Shown here: positions 52,706-64,000 of the stretch, piece after piece
Position numbering within the stretch: position 1 is the stretch's first letter
Layout: the number at the start of each line of letters is the position of its first letter
Assembly: GCA_013265495.1 (NCBI GenBank)
Contig: MU061579.1
Coordinates: 1,331,159 to 1,395,158, forward strand
From: Vicugna vicugna
Lineage: Eukaryota
DNA length: 64,000 nucleotides
Direction of reading: 5' to 3'
The notes under the pieces: model-generated
Databases searched by the model: none
What the model was told of the DNA's origin: nothing
Seen by the model: the letters and a program-made list of their open reading frames with translations, nothing else
Translations under genes and position numbers: made by a program

Positions 52706-54712
52706 CAAAGAGTGGCATGAAAAGGTATAATATAAAAATTCGGAAATAGTGAGGAAGAAAGGGATGGTTGTGCTGCTTGATGTGGTAACACTCAGAGTAT
52801 TGGTTACGGGGATGATTACAGATAGCCATACATTAATTTTTTTTTTAAATCCGAAATTCAAGATGAAAAAGAATCGACAAAATTAAGACAATTTTCAAAA
52901 TCAAGTTGTGGCTGATTGTTCATATACTTTATTAAAATCTGAGAATATAAATAAGATAATCACTTTGCTTGGAAAGTAAATGTTACTTTAACTTACAAAC
53001 TAGCAAAATTTCAAAATGGTCATTAGAATTCCAGAGAAATTTTAATGCAACTAAATGTAAATTGTCATGTACACAGATATAACTACGCTTTATCCCATAT
53101 TAATTATAATTTTAGCTTATGATATTTCTCCTTTTAAACAAAGGCTATGATCGCAAGTGAAATGTCAAACAATGAAAAGCTTGTATCATATTGTCGGGAA
53201 AATTAATCCCCAAATTTTGAGGGCTGAGTTCAATAGGCCATTATTATATTTGACCTACATTGTTTATATTAAACAGGATGCATAAACCAAACAAGAACTT
53301 CTTCAAAAGTCATCTGATTTCTTATATTATTTAACTTCTATAATGTAATCATTTTTCCTGACTTCCCAAGTCATTTTTCTTTTGATTTACTGTGATTGCC
53401 ACATAACCACACATTTCATCATTTTCTCCAAACCTAAATGTCATTGACTAAGCTCTGGATCATCTCATGGTGTCTACTTTTTGACTTCAAATGGCTCTAG
53501 CAATTTAATTGATCTATTGCGTTTAAACTACATATATTGGTATCTAATATTCACTTGATAGAGTTCCATGGGTAAGCCCTTCAAAGTAATTTGAACTTAC
53601 AGAATTTAAACAGTTTTGCAAACAAACTTCAATAATATAAATATTAGCAAAATGTACTGAGGTAGATAGCCTGATAATCTTTTAACACTGACATCAACTG
53701 AAATATTCATTAAAAACCTATCAAGTGCGCACACACACACGTGCATGCAGCGCTGATGATTTTACAGATATTTGGTACCAAACATAGAAAGGACTATATG
53801 TAAACTCTTCCAAAGGAAATAATAACTAGGGAGCCTAATTATTTAATTAAACCTTAATAATTTGGAAACTGTCTGATGAATGTATTGTCTTGATATTAAC
53901 ATCAAACAAGGACAGATTTGAACTATAGATTCATTTAATATATGAATATACATCTGAAATCATAGCTAACTTTTTACCTACAGATGGTCTATATAAATAC
54001 ATTCTGTAAATAAAAAATATTTTAAATGTATAATTAATGTAGCTATAATGTAAGATAAAATCATATATTTTAAATTTCTGTTTTTACTTTTCTATGATGA
54101 CTATACTATATTGGGGGCTGATTAAAATTCATGGCTGATATAAAGAAAATTTTGAATATGGAGGAAAGGTAATAAAACTCAGGCTTGTTATTAAAATGAA
54201 AAATTAGACAACAGAACCTTATGGCATGCAAAAATAAATCATCTAGAAAAAACTCTGTTTCCTCAATGGTGTAAAATAATGTCTAAGGCCATGGTCATTA
54301 GAATCAGCCATACCTACTTTTGGGTTATATTATCTTCTAAGTTTTATATATTTGGCATGTTATATAAACAATTTGAAGTTCCATTTCTACATTGATGTAG
54401 TATTGACAATAATAATTATGGAGCCAGTGTGAGACTGAAAAAACATACTATTGCAGAGAATCCCAAATCATCTTTCACTGGAGGATGATCACTTAATAAA
54501 AATTATCACTATTGGTGCTTCAATGTTATGAATTACTAATCAGTCTACGTTTTTATAATTACAAAATTAATAAACAATTGAAATATTTGTGAATTCAGAG
54601 AGTTCAGGATCATACCAATGTTTACATTAAACACAAAATTTCCAATACCATAACTTTTGAACTTTAAATATGTGCTTTTGACATTACTAGAACTGCATAT
54701 GAACCAAAGTTG

Positions 54713-54911
54713 TAAATAACAAGTTTATACTAGTTTATAATGTATAGCACAGAGAACTATATTCAACACCTTGGTAGTAACTTATGGTTAAAAAGAATAT
54801 GAAAACAAATTATGTATGTTCCTCCATGACTGAAGCATTGTGCTGTACACCAGATATTGACACAGCATTGTGAACCGTCTGTACTTCAGTCAAAATATAC
54901 ATTCAAAAAAA
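54713..54911 (+). mobile_element. Younger L1 3' end (probably camelid lineage) with TSD
   Basis: TSD gaaccaaagttg (54701-54712) and gaaccacagttg (54912-54923). Body: tgtatagcacagagaactatattcaa...aaagaatatgaaaac...atgactgaagcattgtgctgtacaccaga. Confidence 0.88.
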
Positions 54912-56034
54912 GAACCACAGTTGCTATTTCATGCTAAATCGCTTTCTGGTATGCTCTCCTGTTTACTCAGTGAACAGCATTATTCTCAGTAGCACATAAG
55001 ACAATGGGATAACAGGATTGGTGGCACCTTAGAGCCAGCAGATAAGACTGGCTGTAGACTGGCATTGCAGGTGTCCTAGCAAAGCTGTGTATCCTGAGAA
55101 ATTAAATGGGATTTGGGCCATTTTGATGGTGCCTCTGCTTTCGACACCAACCTGGAGGTTGAAGTGACTCCAGCAGAGGGTTAGATCACTAGCATAGCTG
55201 GACCTGACGTGCCGGGCCTTAGAGGTCAGGCAGAAGACACACTAACATCAAAGAAACTGCAGATGGGGGATCCTAGGTGATGTCTAGCTAGCTGGTGAGG
55301 CTCTTTTCATTTGATGTAATTTTTCTCAAATTAGAAAAAGGTACACTCTCCAACTGGATAAAATCCCATGCAGACAAGAATTGGACAGGGTATGGTTCCC
55401 TTGGGAAAAAAACAAATCAAATCAAATCACAGGGTGCATGGCTTGGCATGCAAAGTACAGGCTGGATTTGGAGCTCCTCTCTCTGCCTGGCAGGTGCCTG
55501 TGTGTACAGCTGAGAGATTCCCAGAGATAGGGGGCCACTGAAGAATTAACAAAAGTGCCTCATGACATAAGACGTCATGTCCTGATATCTGCTACCCCTG
55601 TAAGGCATTAACGCCAGATCATAACAACAAATATTAAAAAAGCCTTTATTTCATGTACTTTCTGTCCTTCTCCTTCAGTTCACCATTGGTGAACCTGTAA
55701 AAGAGCAATCACTGAGGGAAGAATGTGCTGAAATTTAAAACAGGAAAGAAATCAACTACACACACTCTTCCCCTTGGCCATTGTGACTCTGGGTCTAAAT
55801 CACATCCAGACTGGGAGTGGAAAGTTTTAAATTGAATAGAAGTTCCTATAGTAGTATGGACTTGACATTTAATTTAAAACTTAAAATGGTTTAAAAGATA
55901 TAAAATTATGTGGTATTTCCAAGATTTTATCCAGAGATAAGAAAGAATGTGCAATTTTGTTGTGAACTATGGAGCGACAAAATAAAAATGTGTTGTGTGC
56001 CATTATACATATAACATATTAAGTAGCTAATAAG

Positions 56035-56520
56035 TACCGAGAAGGAGAGAACTTCATTAGAGATGGGAGAAAGTGCAAAGCTTTGGAGTGGAAATCAGCA
56101 CGACATTTACAGAAATTGCAAGTGCATTTTAATATAATAAAATCAAATATAAAATTATGAAATATATATGCAAATACATTATAAAGGAATATATACATGT
56201 AATATATGCATGAAAGGAGACTTCTCTAAGACTGTTGTTGGAACTGTATCATGTGGCAAGAGTGCACTGAGTGCATAATGGATGGAGTGACATTCCAGAC
56301 AGGAGAGTAAATGTGTAAAGGTGAAAAGCAGCACAACACGTTTGACAAATGTGAGCTGGAGAATGGAGTAAGGAAGAAAGGGTGGAGTATTGGAAGAGAG
56401 GCTTATAAATCAAATGGGACCATACAAAAAACACTTCATAAGCCATAAAAATATTTGATTTCAGGTATGAATGAGAAGCTTAAGTAAAGGAATAGTAACA
56501 ATAAGATTTGAGTACCTGAA
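56035..56520 (-). mobile_element. L2 fragment (decayed)
   Basis: acattccagacaggagagtaaatgtgtaaagg...gtgagctggagaatggagtaagg...cataagccataaaaatatttgattt. Confidence 0.5.
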
Positions 56521-56564
56521 TAAAATAGCTCTTAAAAAACAAAATAAGACCCATAAAATTCTAT

Positions 56565-57050
56565 TTTTTAAATTTCCTATTTCTGCTATAACAAAGTAGC
56601 ATGAACTTTGTGACTTAATAATACACAGTTGTAATATCTAGAGTCTTGAATCTCAGAAATTCAAACTGAGTCACTCTTGAGCCAAAATCAAGATATCAGC
56701 AAGCTATCTTTAGGCTTTAGATGAGAATGTTTTCTTGCCTTTTCCGTCCTCTGGAGGCTGCCCACATATCTTGGCCCATAGTCATCTTTATCCAACTTCA
56801 AAGCCAGCAATAGCTGCCCACATCTTTCTCAGGATGCCAACTCTCTTATGTTGGCATTTCAGCCTCCCTCTTCCTCTTCTAAAGAGTCATGTTACTATAC
56901 TGCACCCACCAGGGTACTCTCCTTATTGAGATGAACTGATTAACAACCTCAATTCCACAGGCAAACATAATTCTCCCTTGCCGTGTACCACAGAATGACA
57001 TATTCTTAGGTTATGGCACCTTTGGAGGAACATCATTCTGCTTCCCATAG
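56565..57050 (-). mobile_element. MaLR solo LTR, MLT1C/D-like
   Basis: tttcctatttctgctataacaaa, ttcttgccttttccgtcctctggaggctgcccacat, cttcaaagccagcaat, aactgattaacaacctcaattcca, cattctgcttcccata. Confidence 0.85.
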
Positions 57051-57069
57051 CTATTATTCAAGAAATGAT

Positions 57070-57344
57070 GGGGTGGGAAGGGATAAATTGGGAGTTCAAG
57101 ATTTGCAGATACTGACTAATATACATAAAATAGATAAACAAGTTCATAGTATATAGCACAGGGAACTATACTCACTATCTTATAATAATTAATGGTGAAA
57201 ACGAATATGAAAATGAATATATATATGTTCCTATATGACTGAAGCATTATACTGTACACCAGATACTGATACAATATTGTAAACTGACTACGTCAATAAA
57301 AAATATATACAGAAAAAATGATAAAAAGTTTTAATCTATAAAAA
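57070..57344 (+). mobile_element. Younger L1 3' end, same subfamily as 54713-54911
   Basis: gggataaattgggagttcaagatttgcagatact...tatagcacagggaactata...atgactgaagcattatactgtacaccaga. Imperfect TSD aagaaatgat (57060-57069) and aagaaaggat (57345-57354). Confidence 0.88.
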
Positions 57345-58639
57345 AAGAAAGGATTTAAGAAAATTTTGGTGTTTAAAAGCAGTGGAATAAATAATAATAG
57401 CTATAAATAGTAACAATAATGATGATAACTGTAGTAACAATACTGCTGGTGAGTTTGGGCTAGTATGTGAATTTCTCCCAGATATATTATTGCCTAAATA
57501 ATTTCTGAAAGATTAGAGAAAACTCTGTCAAACACTTTAGTATACAACTGGATTTTTGGCATGGACAGAGCCTGACCTATTCTTTAATAATCTTCTTATA
57601 CTGTTTGAAATTTTTAGTGTGTGTATATAGCAACTTTCAGTTAAAGACGCTGCATTTATCTAATTAGAAGAACTTTTAAAACTGTGTGTGTTCTAATCAA
57701 CTTATTAAAAACACGGAAGTTCTTTGGTATGAGATTTCAGTAGACACAAGTTAGAGTAGCTTCCTGGATACACCATCTTCAGTGGCCATGAGAGTGATCT
57801 GCCTTCACACGTCTTATGATAAAGACTCATCGGACCTGTTGGTCAGTGGATTGGCCGTGTTATTCATTCGGAGCATCATCAGCCAGAATATCTCAGTTAC
57901 TTAGACATGTGATTCGTCAGTGGACCTGTGGTAGGTGAAGAGGATCTCCTTCGCTCATGTCTAGCCTGTACATGAGAAGAGAAGCTGTTTTAAACGTCTG
58001 CGCATGAAGAAATACACTTAAAACAGCTGGTAACTACTTTCATTGACATGTTTCCAGTTATCACTGAAAAGTAAAATCTAATGCTAAAATAATGGAGAAC
58101 TTAGATAGAAAATCCAAAATATACCATAGTCTGCTATTCCAGAGGTTCATAATACCAGAGACATCATTGACCTTCTTTAGTTAATTAATATGAGCCAATA
58201 GATTCTCTTTAGTAATTGAGCTAATTTAGGTCATACTTCTATCCTTTACAATTGGAAAGAGCTTAAAATAGATCTCTAATCCATCTAATCCTGTTTTGGA
58301 ATCTGCTTTTCCTATAATCCCTGCGGAAGAATATAAACAGCACCATTCCTTCCTCATAGTTAAATATGTGACATGATAAGAATTAATCATTTATATAAAC
58401 AGCCAACAAAGTGCAAAAGTACAAGTTCAATATACATTTTTCTTTATCCTTCAACATCAAGCCTCTATAATTATTAACAATAATGTAATTTATACAAATG
58501 CTTTATTATGCATGGAAATGTATCAGATCATTTATTCCAAATCTTGAACCCTGTAATTCCACAATTCTGAATTAATTTTACTAAAATCACTACAGAAGTG
58601 CACAAAGATAAATACAGTGGCTATTTTAAATGGGAAAAA

Positions 58640-58910
58640 GTATCTTCTTGAAGAATATTTTAAATAATGGGAAGATGTTAATTGAATATTGGTAAATCAA
58701 GAAATCAATGTATATATTATATATTTCTGCAGAAAAAATGTTTAAGCATATTTATGCACAAAATGAATGGAATTATGTAAAACAAAATATAAGGAAGATT
58801 CCTATTTTGTTCTCGTTGTTGGCAAAAATATGGCTGGATTTAATCATTTACTTCCACATTTCTGTATTCTCTATAATAAATACGCATTAATTTTACGGTC
58901 AAAGAAAAAA
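58640..58910 (+). mobile_element. Old L1 (L1MC/ME-type) 3' end fragment
   Basis: ttctctataataaatacgcattaattttacggtcaaagaaaaaa resembles an old L1 terminus. Confidence 0.45.
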
Positions 58911-58924
58911 CTATGATTCTATAG

Positions 58925-59762
58925 AAAAAGATAGCACAAAATACGAGTTAAGGCTAAATAGAAGTAATTTTTCTCTCACATGACTGTCGAGTGTAGACAT
59001 GTAAACCAGAATATTTCTATCCACAAAATCATCCATGACACATTTTCCTTCTATAATATTTGTCAACATGGTAAAATATGACCGCCAAATTTCTGCATTC
59101 TGGCTTCTTCTAAGTCAGAAAGACAGAAAGTAGATGGTAAAAAAAATATCCTTTAAAAAAAGGTTATAAAAATCTGTATACAATACCTCTACTCATGTTC
59201 TATCAATAAAGACCTTTTACATCACTGTACACAGCTCTTGCAAAGATGAAAAATATCATCTCTAGATAAGCACAGTCATCTGTATTAAAAAAATTCAAGG
59301 TTTTTTAAGGTTTTATTTTTTACTGAAGTACAGTTGATTTACAGTGTTTCATGTCTACAGCAAAGTGATTCAGTTATATATATATATATATATTCTTTTT
59401 CAGATTTCTTCCATTACAGGTTATACAAGATATTACATATAGTTCCCTAGGCTATACAGTAGGACTTTGTTGTTTATCTATTTTATATATAGTAGTGTGT
59501 ATCTGTTAATCCCAAATTCCAAATATATCCTTCTCCCCTCTTTCCATTTTGGTAACCGTAAGTTTGTTTTCCATGTTTGTGAGTCTATTTCTGTTTTGTT
59601 CTGTTTTGACTTCATTTTTACATACAAGTTGTGTCATGTCATATTTATCTTTCTCTTTGTGACTTACTTCACTTAGTATGACAACCTCTAGGTCCATCCA
59701 TGTTTTTTTATTAAATAAACAAGATGAAAATGGATGAAGTAAAAGTTATGAAGTTTCTGCAT
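58925..59762 (-). mobile_element. Old MaLR LTR (MLT1J-like), split by an L1 3' end
   Basis: aaatagaagtaatttttctctcacatga...acctctactcatgttctat...ttgcaaagatgaaaaat. It resumes after 59704 with aagatgaaaatggat...agtttctgc. Confidence 0.4.
59308..59704 (-). mobile_element. Cetartiodactyl-type L1 3' end
   Basis: ctgaagtacagttgatttacagtg, cagcaaagtgattcagttat, tagtagtgtgtatctgttaatcccaaa, ttggtaaccgtaagtttgttttc, tctaggtccatccatgtt. ORF 59506..59697 starts MDLEVVILSEVSHKEKDKY, the L1 ORF2 C-terminus. Confidence 0.92.
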
Positions 59763-61197
59763 GACTGAAAAATTCATGGCTTCATTTGAAAACTAAAACA
59801 TATATTTACAAAAGTGAAAAACAAACCAAAAGAAGAAACCCTTTTATATGAGGTTCAATAAGGTCATATTGAGAGGGCATGAATAAAGGAGTGGAAGTAA
59901 TTTGGATCACCTTTAACAAATTACTACATGCTGCATTTATTTGCTATTAAACAAAATTTACTTCAAACTCTCTTTTTTCTTAAAGTAATCATCATCTTCA
60001 AATATTAAAAATAATGATTTACTAGTCTTATTTTATAAACATAGATTATTAATGTAATTTAAAAATAATTCTAATATGATGGTGCCTCCCTAATGCAGTA
60101 ATCGTTTTTTAACTTTGTAGAAAACATTACAGATGTATTAACCAGTCTGAATGACTAGCTAACTGTAGAATTATGTGTTACATGTAAAGTGTTCTTCTAA
60201 AATTCATTTAAATTATATATAATTTTTCTCATTAAATGACAATTATTTAGTATATTTCCATCCTCACTTTATAAATAGAATCTTAAGCATCTATTGGTTT
60301 TCCTTCATGTTCTTCAAAATTTCATTATATCAAATAAAAACAGTCAATTAACATTATTGCTTTTATTTCATTAGCCTCACGGATATTTGGCAATGTTAAA
60401 GAATTAACTTTTAAATTAAGCATTTATCTCTTAAACAATTTAGAGTGTTTTCGCAGAGGTTGTATTTTAATCTCTGTATTTTCCTTAAAAATTCTTGCCA
60501 AAATTATAAAACTAATCTTCACTTCCTAAAGAAATTGAACATGTTGATGCTGGGGAAGACTTTTGGTTTTGTTTACCATCTGGTTGCCTTGGAAACCATA
60601 CTCTTGGAAATAACTGCAAAACTGAGTTAGAACATGTACCATGGAAACCAGGATAGAAAAACTCACCTGTATGACAATAAATTACTGAAAATGCAGGAGC
60701 AGAGGATGGGAGGATGCCAAGAATATATATGTGCTGATTTTTAATTTCTCTTTTTTTCAGTGTAAAATTTTGAGATAATTAATGTAAGATTTATAACTGA
60801 AGGAAAGCCTGTAGCTTCTGTAATATTCTACGCAGTTCTTGCAGCTGAATAGTAATAATATATGTATCACAATGATTAAAATCTTCCAGCACCAACAGAG
60901 TGCTTGGTTTTCAGCAAGCTGTAATCAAGATTTCATGTTATTTTTGCATTATCTCAAAATATAATCTTTTTAAAAAATATTAAAAATGCACAGACAGAAT
61001 GTGAATTTCATAAAGAAATGTAGTTGCCTGCTTTACTTTTTTGAATTTATGATGTGAATCTATAATATAATACTCTATTTAACTACACTCATTAATCACA
61101 GATTTTAGTAAAACTAAAGGAGCCCCATGTGGTCAACAAAACTCTAAAGATGTTTTCTTCCCTAAATTATTCAATAAAACACCATTATAGTTAGGGG

Positions 61198-61725
61198 TGG
61201 GAAGGGAATTGCAGAGAGAATTAAGTTTGCTAAATAGCTGACCTTAAAATGGGGATATTATCCGGGATTATCCAGATGGGCCCAATGTAATCACATGAGC
61301 CACTAAAGTGGAGAAGAAACGCAGAGGAGGGTCTGAGAACTGAGACAGAAAAAGAATTCAGAGAGACTCAAAGCCTGAGAAGTAATTGACTCCTTCCTTG
61401 AAGTTGAAAGAAAAGGGCAAGAAACCATGGAATGCAAGAAATCTCTTGAAGCTAAGAATGACTTCCCATCTATAGCCCACAAGGAACCAGGAAGTGCAGT
61501 CTTCCCATAACAGTATAGCCTTGAACTCTGCCAGCAACCTGGATGAACAAGGAAGCATTCTCCCTTAGAGCTTCCAGAAAACAACATGTTGATTTAGGCC
61601 TGAGATACCCAGAGCAATAACCTAGCAGAGCTTACTGAATTTCTAATGTTAAACTCTGTTATAATAAATATGCATTATTTTAAGTTTTCTGTAATTTGTA
61701 ATGGCCTTAATTGAAAACCCAGCTA
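61198..61725 (+). mobile_element. MaLR LTR, MLT1D/E-like
   Basis: aaatagctgaccttaaaatggggatattatccgggattatccagatgggcccaatgtaatcacatgag, gaactctgccagcaacctggatgaacaaggaagcattctcccttagagcttccaga. Confidence 0.85.
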
Positions 61726-61934
61726 ACTACTTTTAGGAATTTTAGGCAACACATTTAATCCATTGTTATGCTTTTCATTGATAATTCATTCAGCTTTCAT
61801 GCATTATTATGTTTAATAGTTCAGATAGAAAAACAGATACATAAAGAGAGGGAGGAAGAAAGGGAGAGAATCTTTTTGTCACATGTTACATTTGTAATTA
61901 AATATTTATTCTTGTAGTAATTTATGTTATATTT

Positions 61935-62075
61935 GTGGCCTTTGATAGACAGAATTCTCCAAAATAAAAGAGATCCTGTCTTTATTATTCATTACTGCAT
62001 ACCAGACACCACACCAAGGCCTGGAAACTGAATAAATGTGTACTGATTGAGTTAATGAGCTAATGAATAAATGGT
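61935..62075 (+). mobile_element. L2 3' end
   Basis: agagatcctgtctttattattcattactgcatacc...aggcctggaaac...ttaatgagctaatgaataaatg. Confidence 0.6.
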
Positions 62076-63295
62076 GGAACATACCTTATAAAATGATTCA
62101 GAGAATGCTTTCTACTTTCAATAAATTTACAATTGTGTTAAATTAGAGACTATGAACCCAAATAAATATGAGGGAAAAAAAGATGAACTTTAAGTTCCAG
62201 GGGGATAAAAAAAAAAAAAGTAAGGCTGTAAGATTCTGGAGAAGGTGGTGACTATATCTGGCAAATAAGATTAGGAAAGGTTTTTAAAGTGATGTTAAAC
62301 ATATCCCTAATCAAACAGTATGGACAGGATATTGATAACCAGAATTGATATCTACAGTCCAAAGCAGTAGAAAGTTCACGAATGAATTTTTGAATGTGTT
62401 TTTAGAGTATTGCTTATAATTGTCATTGGGAATCTGAACAGGTTTATGTTTTAAGGGTCTTTGATCAGATGGCATGGACTTTTAAAGAAGAGCTCATTCA
62501 AAAAAAAAATCTTAGAATCCAGAGGTAGGTGACAACATAAATGTCTAATGTAATCTAAAAGAAACAATATTTCATATTAGTCAATGAACAGAAGTGTGTT
62601 CTAAAGTAACTCAAGTGTAAGTAGGAGAAGCCTACACATGCTATATTCCAAAGAAGCATGGGGACAAGTTTAGGCAGAAAGTTGATGGTTCTTGAAACTG
62701 AAGTTTCCATTTGCCAATTGGCTATGGAGTCTTTCAGGATCATAATGATACTTTTTTTTAACTCACTGCTTAATACATTTTTAAAATATTTTTAACATGG
62801 TATATTTACTCTTGCATGTTTTAATTCCTTATATAAGGCACCCTGGAGTCAATAATGACATATATGTGTCCAATCAATCATTATTTGCCTATTCTGTTTT
62901 CTTGCTAATGCAGATACTTATTGCCGTTCGCCCTTTTCATATTGAACTTAGCTATCTCTTTAATCCAGACTTAGTTTCAGGAGAGAATTGGTTTCCAAAA
63001 GACAATGTCCAGTAATTTCAGAGTGTTCTATAATTTTCTATATAACTAACTATGTAAATATTTGAAGTCTAGTTTTATAGTTGCAGCAGTTGCTTCAATA
63101 TATGGTCACATATTTAGAATTTTGCACAGTGATGATTTGTTAGCTTATCTATTCGTCTAATTATATATCATGTTTCTCTAAATAGATTGCACAACTTCCT
63201 GAAACCACAGAACATGTTTTATTTTTCTGTGTGTGTAGGGAAGTAGATGCAGGTTGACTGTTTCCTTTCAGGTCCTCATAGATGTTTCTTGTTGC

Positions 63296-63806
63296 TGTCA
63301 AGGGCCTAGAGGTGTGTCCATCTCCCATTCACCCCATTGGTAAGAGGAGGATTCATATCTTGTGGTTACAGGGATGGCCGAAGATATGACATCAGAGACT
63401 GGACAGATGAGATTGAGAGCAGCTAATAAGTCACATACACTTTCAGCCCAGGGTAGGAGAACAATGCGCGCCACAAAGGGCCCCATGGGGTTGCACTTAG
63501 GAACATAGTATCAAGACTTCACAGTATCAAGAGAGTGGGGGAAGTTTGGCTCCCATGGGAGGATATGTTTATCTTGTTTGAATAATTCCATGGGCAGGCA
63601 GGGAGCTGAAGCCCACTTCTTGGAGATAAGCATGAACAGCGCCCCAGTGCCATGGTAAGGAAGGTTGTTTGGCTAGGGGACCTCATCTGGGGGAGCAGAG
63701 CAGGGAGAGGAACTCAGAGTTGGTTTGGCTTTTCCAGGTCTTTTTGATTTTTCTTACAGTCCAAGGCTCAAATAATAATGGGTCTTACTTTTAGAACTTA
63801 TATCAC
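63296..63806 (-). mobile_element. ERVL solo LTR, MER54-like
   Basis: Reverse complement begins tgatataagttctaaaagtaagacccattatta, contains ctctgctcccccagatgaggtcccctagccaaacaaccttcctta and ends ...ttgaca. This matches MER54 as remembered. Confidence 0.6.
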
Positions 63807-64000
63807 TGGATGTCAACAAATGATCTTATGGACTTTGGAAATTACTCATGATTATGTGCTGTTGATTTCTATCCTGCATGCGATGCCAAGGCTAATTCTT
63901 CATTGGTGCCCCCAGACAACTGAGAGCACAAGCTGAAGAGTCAGCTGTTTCCCTCACATACTATTTTTGAGAAGGACATAGATTCTTTCTCTGATGTAAA

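Noticed and set aside
1..64000. Supplied ORF track as genuine genes; prokaryote-style operon, CRISPR array or defence system
   Set aside because: All ORFs are 155 aa or shorter, compositionally biased and often inside repeats. There is no repeat-spacer array and no gene-dense organisation. The DNA is mammalian.

Overview
This is AT-rich, CpG-depleted placental-mammal genomic DNA, either intergenic or deep intron. It is probably camelid, because two short tRNA-derived SINEs of the vic-1 type are present and I saw no Alu, B1, SINEC, PRE, CHR or Bov-type SINEs. I cannot support any protein-coding gene: the listed ORFs are short, low-complexity or repeat-derived. A large part of the window is decayed interspersed repeat (L1, L2, MIR, MaLR/ERVL LTRs, hAT MERs), with several nested insertions that keep visible target-site duplications. 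I see no novel multi-gene system. The best leads are: a probable LF-SINE-like ancient element (~44.06-44.37 kb); a chain of minus-strand exon-like units with strong splice signals but no continuous reading frame; a 6-nt and an 18-nt microexon candidate; a plus-strand recursive-splice-like site at 49620/49621; an RTE-type (L4-like) LINE relic; and a near-perfect ~260-bp tandem duplication that may be an assembly artefact. Repeat family names come from remembered consensus sequences, not a search. Repeat boundaries are approximate unless a TSD is quoted.
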